This document shows, piece after piece, positions 10,007 through 19,549 of a DNA stretch of 64,000 nt; position 1 is the first letter of the stretch, and each line of letters begins with the position of its first letter. Position numbers and translations under genes: made by a program. Under the pieces are notes generated by a model that was given only the letters and a program-made list of their open reading frames with translations, ran no database searches and was not told the DNA's origin. Source of the DNA: an uncultured bacterium (GTDB lineage Bacteria > Verrucomicrobiota > Kiritimatiellia > CAIKKV01 > CAIJXV01); contig CAIJXV010000088.1 in NCBI GenBank assembly GCA_903824675.1, positions 7,318 to 71,317 on the forward strand, given 5' to 3'.

Positions 10007-10908
10007 AAGCGCGTGTAACCAAAGCGGTCATTCCCGCCGCGGGGTTTGGGACCCGTTTCCTGCCGGCGACCAAGGCGCAACCCAAAGAGATGTTGCCCAT
10101 TGTTGACACGCCGACGATTCAGTTCGTGGTCGAGGAGGCGGTGGCGTCGGGAATCACCGACATCCTGATCATCACCGGGCGCGACAAGCGCTCGATCGAA
10201 GACCATTTTGACCGCAACCTGGAATTGGAGCGGCGGCTGGCGAGCGCCGGGAAGACCACTCTTTTGCGGAATATGCGCCGGATTTCGGAGATGGCCCATA
10301 TCCACTATGTGCGTCAGAGCGAGCAACTGGGGTTGGGCCACGCGATTTTACAGGCCCGCTGCCATGTGGACAACGAACCGTTTGCGGTCTTGCTGGGCGA
10401 TACCATCATTCATTCCGAACAGCCGTGCGTGGGGCAGTTGATGAAGGTGCATGAGCGGTTTGGCGGGCCGGTGGTGGGGTTGGAAAAAGTGCCCCTGGAA
10501 AAAGTCAGCCGCTATGGAATCATCAGCGGGTCCCGGCTGGCGCCGCGGGTTTACCGGTTGACGGATCTGGTCGAAAAGCCCGAACCGGCGAAAGCGCCGA
10601 GCCAGTTGGCGATCGGGGGCCGATATATTTTAACGGCGGAGATCTTCAATTATCTGGAGCGGGCCCGGCCGGGTAAAAACGGAGAGATCCAGTTGACGGA
10701 TGCGCTGTTGGCCCAGGCGCAGGTGATGCCGGTCTATGGGCATCATTTCGAAGGGATCCGGTACGACATTGGCGACCGGGTCGATTATCTGATTACACAG
10801 GTGGAGTACGCCTTGCGCCGGGATGATCTGCGGCGCCAGTTTGAACCCTACCTGAAGCAACGCATGCGGTTGCTGGCCAAAGCCAGCCCGCGGAGGAACC
10901 GGACATGA
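10003..10908 (+). CDS. galU: UTP-glucose-1-phosphate uridylyltransferase
   Basis: KAVIPAAGFGTRFLPATKAQPKEMLPIVDTPTIQFVVEEA is the canonical GalU N-terminus. Confidence 0.9.
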   Translation: MKARVTKAVIPAAGFGTRFLPATKAQPKEMLPIVDTPTIQFVVEEAVASGITDILIITGRDKRSIEDHFDRNLELERRLASAGKTTLLRNMRRISEMAHIHYVRQSEQLGLGHAILQARCHVDNEPFAVLLGDTIIHSEQPCVGQLMKVHERFGGPVVGLEKVPLEKVSRYGIISGSRLAPRVYRLTDLVEKPEPAKAPSQLAIGGRYILTAEIFNYLERARPGKNGEIQLTDALLAQAQVMPVYGHHFEGIRYDIGDRVDYLITQVEYALRRDDLRRQFEPYLKQRMRLLAKASPRRNRT

Positions 10909-11588
10909 GCGATAGTCAAGGACGCGGACGATGGCCGATAGTTGAGCTGATCTATGTGGCGGGGTTGGCGATCCTGTTGATCTATGCCATATTCTTCATG
11001 AATCCACACCGGGTGGGCGTATTGGACGTGGCGCGGGTGGCGCGCGAAACCGGGGTGTTGGATCGAATGCAACGGGAAGAGCGGGGTTTGCAGGACGAAG
11101 CCCGCGAACGGCTGGGCAAACTTCAACAAGCGCATATTCAGAAGGTCAACGACCTGAGTCGGAAATTGAAAAATGCCGTCTCCGAACCGGAAAAAACCCG
11201 GATCCAGGGCGAGATCGATTCCCTCCAGGATGCTTTCCAACAGAGTGTGACCGCCGCCCGGCAAAATCTGCAACGCCATGAAGCCCAGATGTTTGCCACG
11301 TTCCGGAAACGCCTGATGCCCCAGGTCGAAAAAGTCGCCCATAAACGGCGCTTGGATATCGTGCTCGATCCGGCCACCACGGTTTTGATCACAAAGAAAA
11401 CGCCGGACATCACGGCGGATGTCGTCGCCGCCGCGCGGGATGTGTTTTCACCCTCGCAACCCCTGGTTGATCTGTCCTTGATCGAAACCCGTCAGCCGGT
11501 CGGGAAATGGACCGGAGCGGCGGATGATCAGGGCGAGGAACCCTTGGCGGCACCGGTTCAGCCGGCGAAAGCCCGCCAGGGACCCTGA
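10905..11588 (+). CDS. OmpH/Skp-like periplasmic chaperone
   Basis: N-terminal hydrophobic anchor. Long coiled-coil region rich in Q, E, K and R, with Skp-like length and composition. ATGA-coupled to galU. Confidence 0.6.
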   Translation: MSDSQGRGRWPIVELIYVAGLAILLIYAIFFMNPHRVGVLDVARVARETGVLDRMQREERGLQDEARERLGKLQQAHIQKVNDLSRKLKNAVSEPEKTRIQGEIDSLQDAFQQSVTAARQNLQRHEAQMFATFRKRLMPQVEKVAHKRRLDIVLDPATTVLITKKTPDITADVVAAARDVFSPSQPLVDLSLIETRQPVGKWTGAADDQGEEPLAAPVQPAKARQGP

Positions 11589-11591
11589 GAC

Positions 11592-12380
11592 ATGGAGCGC
11601 TATCAGCGGGCCAAGGGCAAGCCCCGACTTTTGGGCAATCACCAGAAGTGCTGGATTTGGGGCCGTAACCCGGTATTGGAAACCCTGCGTGCCGGACGTT
11701 GGCCCATTCTTGAATTGTGGCTGGAGGCCGCTTTGGCGGACGATCCGGCCCGTGAAGCTCTGGCCTGTGCGGAGCAATTAAAGATTCCGATCCATCGCGG
11801 ATCGATCGACGATCTGGTCCGGCTTTGCCACTCCGCTGAACATCAAGGCTATCTGGCCAAAATGGGGGAGTTCCCTTATGTCGGGGAAGAAGAACTTTTG
11901 GGTGGAGAGGGACCGCCAGCGACGGCCTTTTATCTTTTACTGGATGGCGTGCAAGATCCCCATAATCTGGGAGCGATACTGAGATCGGCCGAGGTCTTTG
12001 GCGCCACGGCGGTCGTATTGGCCGGACAGGGACAGGTGGGGGTGACACGCCAGGTGGCGCGGAGTTCGGCGGGGGCGGTTAACCGGGTGACCTTGGTGCA
12101 ATCGTCTGATTTGCCGGCGCTGGCCGGGCGGCTCAAGCAGGCCGGGGTTACCGTGGTGGGCGCCAGCGAGAAGGCCGAAACGACGATCGATCATTTCGAT
12201 TGGCGGCGACCGGTGGCCTTAGTGGTGGGTAATGAGGGCCACGGCCATAGTCCGGAGATGTCCGCGCAGATTGAGTCCTGGGTCCGGATCCCGCAGGAGG
12301 GCCAGATCGGGTCCTTGAATGCAGCCGTAGCGGCGGCGATTTTTTGCTATGAAATCCGTCGGCAACGCCGGATGGAATAG
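11592..12380 (+). CDS. rlmB: 23S rRNA (guanosine-2'-O)-methyltransferase, SpoU/TrmH family (RlmB-like)
   Basis: SpoU motifs LLLDGVQDPHNLGAILRSAEVFG, LVVGNEG and IPQEGQIGSLNAAVAAAI. Confidence 0.85.
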   Translation: MERYQRAKGKPRLLGNHQKCWIWGRNPVLETLRAGRWPILELWLEAALADDPAREALACAEQLKIPIHRGSIDDLVRLCHSAEHQGYLAKMGEFPYVGEEELLGGEGPPATAFYLLLDGVQDPHNLGAILRSAEVFGATAVVLAGQGQVGVTRQVARSSAGAVNRVTLVQSSDLPALAGRLKQAGVTVVGASEKAETTIDHFDWRRPVALVVGNEGHGHSPEMSAQIESWVRIPQEGQIGSLNAAVAAAIFCYEIRRQRRME

Positions 12381-12564
12381 GTGGCGAGACGGCAGGATTT
12401 TGGACGGGTACCAGGGGTGTTCTCGTGGGCAAATGCGCTTGGACTTGTGGCAGGATTACTCGGTAGATTATTGCCAGAACAGGCGTGTGATTGCTGTTGT
12501 CAATCATGGCAGCGAAGATAATATCGATTACTTATAGCGTTAAAAAACAAGATTTTGATGCCGG

Positions 12565-13041
12565 ATGGAGAAAGCATTGAGAAGATTGAAAATCATACTG
12601 TTAATAGCTTTATCTTTTTGCCTCGTGGTTTTGGCGGTTATTAAGGTGTCCAACCGAGTGTTCAATATATCGCCACCTGGTCGAAAGGAATTCCACCAGC
12701 ATCTCGCCATGCTACGAGTCGGGATGCACAAAGAAGAGGTTCAAGCACTATTCGGGCAAATTCCAACGTATGCTTGCCGCATTTCGAAATCGGAGATCTG
12801 GTATTACGCCGCCCCCGGGTGCCTTACGGGACGATGGACAACAAACACGCCAGAAAACGGAACGGTATTTCACATCCCCACAGAACTGCCTGATATCTAC
12901 GCTAATATTCAGATGGCTTTCAATACTAACAATGAGTTGTTCGCCTACGCCTTCATTGGAGAAAGTTATGATATTATGACGACCAATGGTCCCGTTAAGG
13001 GCGATCATTTTAAATATCTTCCTCAGGATAGCTTTCGATAA
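12565..13041 (+). CDS. Hypothetical secreted or membrane-anchored protein in a low-GC patch
   Basis: N-terminal hydrophobic helix LKIILLIALSFCLVVLAVI. Local GC is clearly lower than the flanks. No recognisable domain. Confidence 0.45.
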   Translation: MEKALRRLKIILLIALSFCLVVLAVIKVSNRVFNISPPGRKEFHQHLAMLRVGMHKEEVQALFGQIPTYACRISKSEIWYYAAPGCLTGRWTTNTPENGTVFHIPTELPDIYANIQMAFNTNNELFAYAFIGESYDIMTTNGPVKGDHFKYLPQDSFR

Positions 13042-13374
13042 CGGGTTGACAAACGGGAATAGGGTTCTAGTCGAGATTGAAGTTGCGATGGCAGCACCGG
13101 CAGCGACATAGTATTCCAGTCCTGTATTACACGTTCCGACGCCAGGGGAAGGCGTGTGCCAAACGGGCGGGGATTTTGGTCGAGGTGACGCCGCATACCT
13201 TCCGCAGGAGTTCTCATTCCGACCTCCTTTTCTGCATTGCATGTGGACCCGTTTCACAAGAAATGGCAGAAAGGCGCGACTGGCGTTAAACGCATACCCC
13301 CTTGTTCCCGCTGCAAGATCGGGGCCACCGATTTTACAATCCGGGGATGGGGCGGTGGATGTTTAAGGATCTGA

Positions 13375-14376
13375 TTATTTGGACGACGGGGCTGTCGATG
13401 CCGGAGTGGAGGATTCCATCATGGCGGGAGCTCGCATGCGTTTCGAGATTTGCTGGGACAGCAAATCGAATAATTTCTCAGCCGATTGTTGCACCTGAAG
13501 GGTGACGGTTGAACCCTGGGCGGAAACTTGAGCGTTTTGAGCCAATTCGGCGAGTTCCGGATTCTGCTTGGCGGTCAGGAGGGCGGAAAGGACGAGCCCT
13601 TGCAGAACCTGCAGGGTCGAGGCGGCCATTTGTTCGTCTTCGGCCAGGATATTGAAACGCGCTTCAACCAAACCCTCCGCGCTCTCGCCCAGAGTCGTAT
13701 TGAAACCCTTGGAATTACCCAGGGGACCCATTTTGACGGCATCGCCGGTGGCGGTCGCCAGTAAAAAACCCCGCGCGTTTTCCGGAACGGAGAGTGCCGA
13801 GCCGGGGACGAGATGGGGTCGTTTGCCGTCCAGTACTTCCAGCGCCTGGCCCATCGTTTGGGGGCTGCCGGTGATGAGCAGTTGCCCGGCCTGAAGCAGG
13901 CAGAGGGACAGGGTCTGGCTTTTGCGCGGCTCGGTCCACTGATAGATGGTCCGGTTCCCGGCCCGACTTTCGCTCACTCCCTGACGTTGACGCACCCGCG
14001 CTAACACCTTTTCGCTGTCAAAACGACCGGTGAAGAGAGCGACTCCACTCTGGGGATCTTCGGTCCGACCATACAGCGTCATGTGATCCATGTCCTTGAG
14101 GGGATTGAATCCCAGCAGGTCCTGACTTTGTGCGAGGGGTTCTCGCATTTCAGCGGGAGCCCGGTCGCTTTGGAGGAGCGAGCCGAATTTGGAGGCATTG
14201 AATTGTTTGACATTAATATAGATCAGCCAGTTGGCGTCCGCCGCGACCTGTTTGCGGGACAAGGCGCCGACATTGGCCTCTATTCCTCCTGCCTTGGAGG
14301 GAGCCGGGGCGGCTGGGGCGCTGGCGACGACGATCGACAACAGAAGGGGGAGACTCCACTGGATTAATTTATTCAT
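13375..14376 (-). CDS. Hypothetical secreted protein
   Basis: Signal peptide MNKLIQWSLPLLLSIVVASAPAAPA, from the ATG at 14376; the track ORF extends to 14481. In the same orientation as, and downstream of, the GH30 gene. Confidence 0.6.
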   Translation of the reverse strand: MNKLIQWSLPLLLSIVVASAPAAPAPSKAGGIEANVGALSRKQVAADANWLIYINVKQFNASKFGSLLQSDRAPAEMREPLAQSQDLLGFNPLKDMDHMTLYGRTEDPQSGVALFTGRFDSEKVLARVRQRQGVSESRAGNRTIYQWTEPRKSQTLSLCLLQAGQLLITGSPQTMGQALEVLDGKRPHLVPGSALSVPENARGFLLATATGDAVKMGPLGNSKGFNTTLGESAEGLVEARFNILAEDEQMAASTLQVLQGLVLSALLTAKQNPELAELAQNAQVSAQGSTVTLQVQQSAEKLFDLLSQQISKRMRAPAMMESSTPASTAPSSK

Positions 14377-14493
14377 AAACGGACCTTTCACATGAATTCG
14401 AATGAGAAGAATTCTATCACTCCATGAAATCGAAGCAAGTCTTCCTATTATCACCCCCGGGGGCCGGATGGACTGCGTCAACTCCGGTCCGGT

Positions 14494-15783
14494 TTACCGC
14501 AGTACCCAGGTATTGATGGATTCGGGGGCGAGGGTGGCTTGGAAGCGGGAACCGGCGACGCCCAGGCAAAGCGCGGCGGGGGTTTTCAAAGGATTACGGA
14601 GGACCGCGATCCGGGATCCATCGGGATTTTCAAACGCCACGGCGTTGGCCGACCAGGGTCCCTCCGTTTCCAGGCGATAGGCGCCGGGCGCGATAAAGCG
14701 GGCGAAATGCCGCATGACATGGAATTCCGGATTATAGATCACCCGGTTGCCGTCGATGGTGATCATGGAATTCTGAAGCCAGCCCCAGGTGCTGCGTCCG
14801 CCTTTTTCCAACACCATGTTCCAATAGAGATAGGCATTGGCGCCATTGCAGAGGTAATGCCGGATCAGGTTGAAAATATAGCCGGCGTAGTCCCAGGTAT
14901 TCTGACCATCCCCGCATTCATTTTCGCTTTGCATCAGCCGCTTTTCGGGCCAGGCGGCGTGGGTGCGCTGGATGGCATTCCGGCCGGCCCACTGGAAGGC
15001 GACCCCCGCGACCCAGGGATACGCCTTGGGATCGCTGAGCACGGTCAAGGGAAAGCCGTCGTAATCATCGGTATTCAGGGTGCCCAGCCAGATTTCGCAA
15101 TCGAGTCCGTGTTGCTTGAAGGCGGGACCCAGGTAGCGCCCGATGAAATCCCGGAGTTGTGCGCCCGTCCACAGGCAGGAGGGGAATTTCTGATCGGCGA
15201 CGGGTTCATTCTGTGGATGGACCTGGCTGATTTTGATGCCGGCCTTCTGGTAGGCCTTGACGAATTTGACGAAATACAGGGCGTAGGCCTTGAGGATGGC
15301 GGGGGTCCAGATCAAGGTGCCGTAGTTATAGGCCTTGGGACATTTCATCCAGGTGGGCGGACTCCAAGGGGAGGCAAAGAGGGTGAGATCCGGACGGAGG
15401 GCGAGGGCGGATTGGATATAGGGCAGCAGGTGTTTGTTATCGCGCTCAATGGAGAAACGCTTCATGGCCAGATCGCCCTCGACTTCGTTGTGACTGTACC
15501 ATTCCGCGGCATAATCGCTGGCGCCGATGGGCAGTCGCCCATAATTAAAGCGGCATCCCGTCCGGGGATGAAACAGGGCCTGGAGCACGGCCTGACGCTG
15601 GGCGGGTGAGACCTTGGAAAGCGCGATCCAGCCCAGTTCATTAAAACACCCGCCGAATCCCTCCCAAGGTTGACGGCGGAGGGATGTAAGGGATAACGAC
15701 GGCTTGCCCCGGGAGGTGGCCGGGAGGGCGACGGGAGCGGCGGAGGGGCGGGTGGGCGTGGTCGAAATCCAGGAGCATTTCAT
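14494..15783 (-). CDS. Glycoside hydrolase family 30 (glucosylceramidase or xylanase-like)
   Basis: PWEGFGGCFNELGW N-terminal motif. ASPWSPPTWMK. A catalytic Glu context (NEP) typical of GH30. Confidence 0.8.
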   Translation of the reverse strand: MKCSWISTTPTRPSAAPVALPATSRGKPSLSLTSLRRQPWEGFGGCFNELGWIALSKVSPAQRQAVLQALFHPRTGCRFNYGRLPIGASDYAAEWYSHNEVEGDLAMKRFSIERDNKHLLPYIQSALALRPDLTLFASPWSPPTWMKCPKAYNYGTLIWTPAILKAYALYFVKFVKAYQKAGIKISQVHPQNEPVADQKFPSCLWTGAQLRDFIGRYLGPAFKQHGLDCEIWLGTLNTDDYDGFPLTVLSDPKAYPWVAGVAFQWAGRNAIQRTHAAWPEKRLMQSENECGDGQNTWDYAGYIFNLIRHYLCNGANAYLYWNMVLEKGGRSTWGWLQNSMITIDGNRVIYNPEFHVMRHFARFIAPGAYRLETEGPWSANAVAFENPDGSRIAVLRNPLKTPAALCLGVAGSRFQATLAPESINTWVLR

Positions 15784-15943
15784 CTGCGGTATCCTTTCTA
15801 AAATTTAGCGGCCAAGGCAGGTCGAAATATTGCCCGCCCACCCGGGGAAGTCAAGCCCTCATCGCGTTTCATTGACAGGCGAAAGGCATTTTGAATATAG
15901 TGCCATCTACAAACAACCCTGAACGGACGAGGATTTCCAGACC

Positions 15944-16426
15944 ATGCCAACCCTGAACGATATTCAAAAAGACACCGTAAAAAAATGGATTGAAGAAGGG
16001 TGCGGATTGAACGATATCCAGCGCCGGCTGACCTCCGAATTACAGCTCAACCTGACCTACATGGATGTGCGGTTTTTGGTCATCGATCTCGGCCTGCAAG
16101 TTAAGGAAAAGAAAGTTACGGAGCCGATCGCGAATCTCAAAACGGCCGCGACCACGGCGCCGGCCACCGAGACTGCGGCGCCGATCGGTCCTGATTCCGA
16201 TCTGCCAGCCGGCGGCATTCAATTGGAAGTCGACCGGATTACCCGGCCCGGTTCGGTGATCAGTGGAACGGTCACGTTCAGTGACGGCGTGGCGGCCAAA
16301 TGGATGCTCGACCAGCAGGGGCGTCTGGGACTGGATGCCGGTAAGCCGGGATACCGTCCGAGCCAGGAAGATTTGCAGGAATTCCAGATGATTCTGAGCC
16401 AGAAGCTGCAGTCGCAAGGCTATTGA
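15944..16426 (+). CDS. Hypothetical protein
   Basis: 160-aa ORF with coding-like composition. Its stop lies 3 nt before the next gene's start. Confidence 0.5.
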   Translation: MPTLNDIQKDTVKKWIEEGCGLNDIQRRLTSELQLNLTYMDVRFLVIDLGLQVKEKKVTEPIANLKTAATTAPATETAAPIGPDSDLPAGGIQLEVDRITRPGSVISGTVTFSDGVAAKWMLDQQGRLGLDAGKPGYRPSQEDLQEFQMILSQKLQSQGY

Positions 16427-16428
16427 TC

Positions 16429-18300
16429 ATGTCCAAGATCATCAATCGGTTGTCCGGCGAATCGGATGAACCCCACCCGACCGTGCCCCAGCCCCAGCAA
16501 CTGGAACTGCTGGGGCCCCTGCCGATATCCCTGAAGGATCCCCCTTCGATTACCGCCTCCATTCCGCCCCGGAATAATAACCTTTCCCGTGGGCGGAGCA
16601 AGCCGCCGCAGGCCGAGCCGATTTTGAGTCCGCCGGAAGAATTGGGTAAATTGCATGCCGCCCTGGCCGATGCCGAGACGCGGATGGAAGCCCTGCGGAT
16701 GGAAATCCTGAGCCTGCAGGACTCGCGGGAGGGAGAGCGAAAAAGCCGGTTGGCCGGTGAACAACGCATCCGCGAATTGGAAGAACAGATCCGGGGGGTG
16801 CCGGCGGCGGAATCGGGGGATACCCGGCAGGCGTTGGATGAGGCGCAAACCCAATTGGACGATTTAAGGTCTCAATTCCGGCACTTGGAAGGCAGCCATG
16901 GGGAGCAGGCGCACCAGGCGGAACAGCGGGTCAAGGAACAGGCCTCCGCCCTGGCCGATGCCGAGACGCAGATGGAAGCCCTGCGGATGGAAATCACGAG
17001 CCTGCAGGATTCGCGGGAGGGAGAGCGAAAAAGCCGGTTGGCTGGTGAACAGCGCATCCGCGAATTGGAAGAACAGATCCAGGGGGTGCCGGCGGCGGAA
17101 TCGGGGGATACCCGGCAGGCGGTGGATGAGGCGCAAACCCAATTGGACGATTTAAGGTCTCAATTCCGGCACCTGGAAGGCAGCCATGGGGAGCAGGTGC
17201 ATCAGGCGGAACAGCGGATCAACGAGTTGTCGGCCGCTTGGGAGCGGGAGAAAAATGAATTACAAGCCGCCCGGACGGAGATCGACCGGTTAGCCGGCGA
17301 AGCGGCGCAGCAAGCGGAAGAGGGCGAGGAATCCTTGCTCCAGGCGCGCATGCGGGTGGAAGAATTGGAAACCCGACTATGTGCCGAGGCTGAAATTCGC
17401 AGCCGTTCCGAGCGCCAGGCCGGTGAACTTCAGACCCGTCTGGATGAAGTCCAGCGGGATATGGAACAACGGCTTCAGGCTCAAGCCGAAGCAATGGAAA
17501 TCCGGCTTCGCGAAGCCGGGCAGCAGATCCGTCAATTGCAGGCGGAACGGGATGACGCCTTGGGGCTGGCCCAGCAAGCCCGGACTTTGCGCGAACAAGA
17601 AGCGGCCCGGTTCCAGGAGCGGGAACGGTTGGCTGCCCAACGGATGGCGACTTTTCGCCGGGTGGAATCCCCGGTTTCCGCGCGTCTCCCGACCCGCGCA
17701 TTATCCGCATCGCCCCTGCCGTGGGCGCTATTCCTGGTGGTGATTCTGATTGCCTGCGGAGGCGCATTCCTGCTGGGGCGTTGGCAGGGGAAGGGAATGC
17801 AGAGTCCGGATGCGACCCAACCGGCGGCCACGTCTGTCGTTTCCCCGGGCATCGCCCCCCGCCCGATCGTGCCGAAACCGGTGCAATGGCCGGTGATCAA
17901 GGGCAACTTCATACGGGTTCAAACGGCATCCGACCGGATGACGATGGTGTTTGATTATCCGGTTTTCAGCCGGCGAACAGAAATCCAACCCGATGCGATG
18001 CGCGATTTGCAGAAACTGGCCCGGCAGTTGGCACCGCTGACCAGGACGTTTCGGCTTGAGATCACGGGGCATACCGACGCCGATCCGGTTTCATCCAAGG
18101 CGGGGGAATATTCCAACAATCTCGATCTGGGTCTTAAACGGGCCCAGACGGTTCGAGAGGCTCTCATTCGCCAGGGTGGGCTTCCGCCAGAGGCTATGAC
18201 GGCCGTTTCAGCCGGCGAATTAAATTCGCCCTATCCCAACACCACGCCCGAACTGCGCAAGAAAAACCGGACCGTCACCATCGTACTGATTCCGAAATGA
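16429..18300 (+). CDS. OmpA-family protein with a long coiled-coil region, a TM helix and a C-terminal OmpA-like peptidoglycan-binding domain
   Basis: C-terminal ITGHTDADPV...NNLDLGLKRAQTVREALIRQGG...NRTVTIVLIPK matches the OmpA C-like domain. The central heptad-rich region has 96-aa tandem repeats. A TM segment is WALFLVVILIACGGAFLLG. The ATG at 16429 is preferred over the TTG at 16423. Confidence 0.8.
   Translation: MSKIINRLSGESDEPHPTVPQPQQLELLGPLPISLKDPPSITASIPPRNNNLSRGRSKPPQAEPILSPPEELGKLHAALADAETRMEALRMEILSLQDSREGERKSRLAGEQRIRELEEQIRGVPAAESGDTRQALDEAQTQLDDLRSQFRHLEGSHGEQAHQAEQRVKEQASALADAETQMEALRMEITSLQDSREGERKSRLAGEQRIRELEEQIQGVPAAESGDTRQAVDEAQTQLDDLRSQFRHLEGSHGEQVHQAEQRINELSAAWEREKNELQAARTEIDRLAGEAAQQAEEGEESLLQARMRVEELETRLCAEAEIRSRSERQAGELQTRLDEVQRDMEQRLQAQAEAMEIRLREAGQQIRQLQAERDDALGLAQQARTLREQEAARFQERERLAAQRMATFRRVESPVSARLPTRALSASPLPWALFLVVILIACGGAFLLGRWQGKGMQSPDATQPAATSVVSPGIAPRPIVPKPVQWPVIKGNFIRVQTASDRMTMVFDYPVFSRRTEIQPDAMRDLQKLARQLAPLTRTFRLEITGHTDADPVSSKAGEYSNNLDLGLKRAQTVREALIRQGGLPPEAMTAVSAGELNSPYPNTTPELRKKNRTVTIVLIPK
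16660..17235 (+). repeat. Perfect in-frame tandem duplication, 2 x 288 bp, a handful of mismatches (96-aa coiled-coil unit)
   Basis: gccctggccgatgccgagacg...gaacagcgg recurs with period 288 (16660 vs 16948) and only a few substitutions. The protein repeat is ALADAETxMEALRMEIxSLQDSREGERKSRLAGEQRIRELEEQI... Confidence 0.9.
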
Positions 18301-18308
18301 CGAGAAGC

Positions 18309-19121
18309 CTACCGCTTGGGTGAGGGTCCCGGAAAAACCACCTTAACCCCCTCCGGCGGCTTGAACGTGAAAACTGGCTCGGCGGGGGTCCGGTTTAATT
18401 CCACGCCATCGAGTTGGACTTCACTGGTCACAAATTCCGATTTAATCGAATAGGCGGCTCGGATCCGGCGGGGAAACCAAAAGCCGGGCAACGCTTCTTC
18501 CCAATCGGAAGCCTCGGTTCGAAGGGTCAGGCGATCCTGGGAATCGTAAATTTCAGCCGATAAAAGGGTTTTGCGCTGGGGATCCAGGGTCAGAGTGAAC
18601 CGGGGATGAAGACCTTCAATGCGCCAGGTGATATTTGACCCGGGGACCTGGGTGACCGTCTGGACCGCGCCGGTAAAGGTCTCGATGGCGCCCGGATGAA
18701 GGCCATCGATCGAAACGCGGGCCATCACAGTGGCGAGGCGTCGCGCCTTTTCGGTGGGCGCCAGGGGTTTCAGGTCGGTTTTCAGCGCTTGCCGGATGGA
18801 AGGGATATATTCCCACATTTCATCGGCATTGATGAGAATGAGCCGTTCCTGGGGGGATTGGTAATCGATCCGGAGTCGATCCGGCGCTAAAAAGGTGAAA
18901 ATCCACCGTTCGGTTTGGGATTGTTGACCTTTTTGCGAAGAGCGGACAACCTGGTAACGAAGGGCGTGGAGGGAGGTGAACCGTTGTTCGATCTCCTGCA
19001 ACAGCTGGATAGCCGCAGCGGGGGAGGGGGAGGGGACGGCGGCCGGTATTTCGGCTGCGAACGCCCCGGTGGCCAGGATCAGGGGCAACAAAATCAGGCA
19101 GGCATAATTCTTCATTTTCAC
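18309..19121 (-). CDS. LolA-like outer-membrane lipoprotein-sorting / carrier-fold protein (secreted)
   Basis: Signal peptide MKMKNYACLILLPLILATGAFAA. The composition and strand pattern are of LolA-fold length. Weak similarity only. Confidence 0.45.
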   Translation of the reverse strand: MKMKNYACLILLPLILATGAFAAEIPAAVPSPSPAAAIQLLQEIEQRFTSLHALRYQVVRSSQKGQQSQTERWIFTFLAPDRLRIDYQSPQERLILINADEMWEYIPSIRQALKTDLKPLAPTEKARRLATVMARVSIDGLHPGAIETFTGAVQTVTQVPGSNITWRIEGLHPRFTLTLDPQRKTLLSAEIYDSQDRLTLRTEASDWEEALPGFWFPRRIRAAYSIKSEFVTSEVQLDGVELNRTPAEPVFTFKPPEGVKVVFPGPSPKR

Positions 19122-19549
19122 TCCATATACTTCGGATTCACCCCAAGGTAGGGCTTGAGCCCGCCGCCGTCAATGGTTTTGGAGGGTCCCTGATCCTCGC
19201 GTAATCTCCGCGGTGCGGCGGTCCCCGCCCTCGTCGGGCCGAAGACAGCTGGCTCGTCAGAGTCTCGCCCTCCAAAATCCATACAAATAGTGCTCCCCTG
19301 GAGATACTATGCAGGGCGAGACTCTGGTGAGCCGCGAGGGCAAGGGATGACACGGGGGGGCGCTATTCGCCGATGAGGTTTTAAGCGGGGATTTTGGAGG
19401 GGATAAAATAAGTTAAAAAATAAGTTGCTCTTTTAAGACAACAGCCTATAGTAGACGCCGGTGGTTAGTAATTTTCCGAAGCAATTCATGTTGGACGGTC
19501 GTACGATTCGTCGGTTGCCCCGGGACCACCGTGAGAAGAGGTATGGGTT

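Noticed and set aside
14539-15609. 356-aa plus-strand ORF
   Set aside because: It is entirely antisense to the GH30 gene. The Gly, Ala and Pro-rich low-complexity translation is typical of GC-rich shadow frames.
16420-17142. Minus-strand ORFs of 144 and 92 aa with near-identical sequences
   Set aside because: They mirror the 288-bp tandem repeat on the opposite strand of the OmpA-family gene, so they are a repeat artefact.
19140-19400. Assignment of the intergenic structured region to SRP RNA, tmRNA or RNase P RNA
   Set aside because: On either strand I could not find the conserved SRP domain IV motif, the tmRNA 3' T-arm/CCA-like end or tag reading frame, or RNase P P4 and GGAAAGUCCGG-type motifs. 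It is also too short for RNase P or tmRNA. It is kept only as an unclassified ncRNA/UTR candidate.
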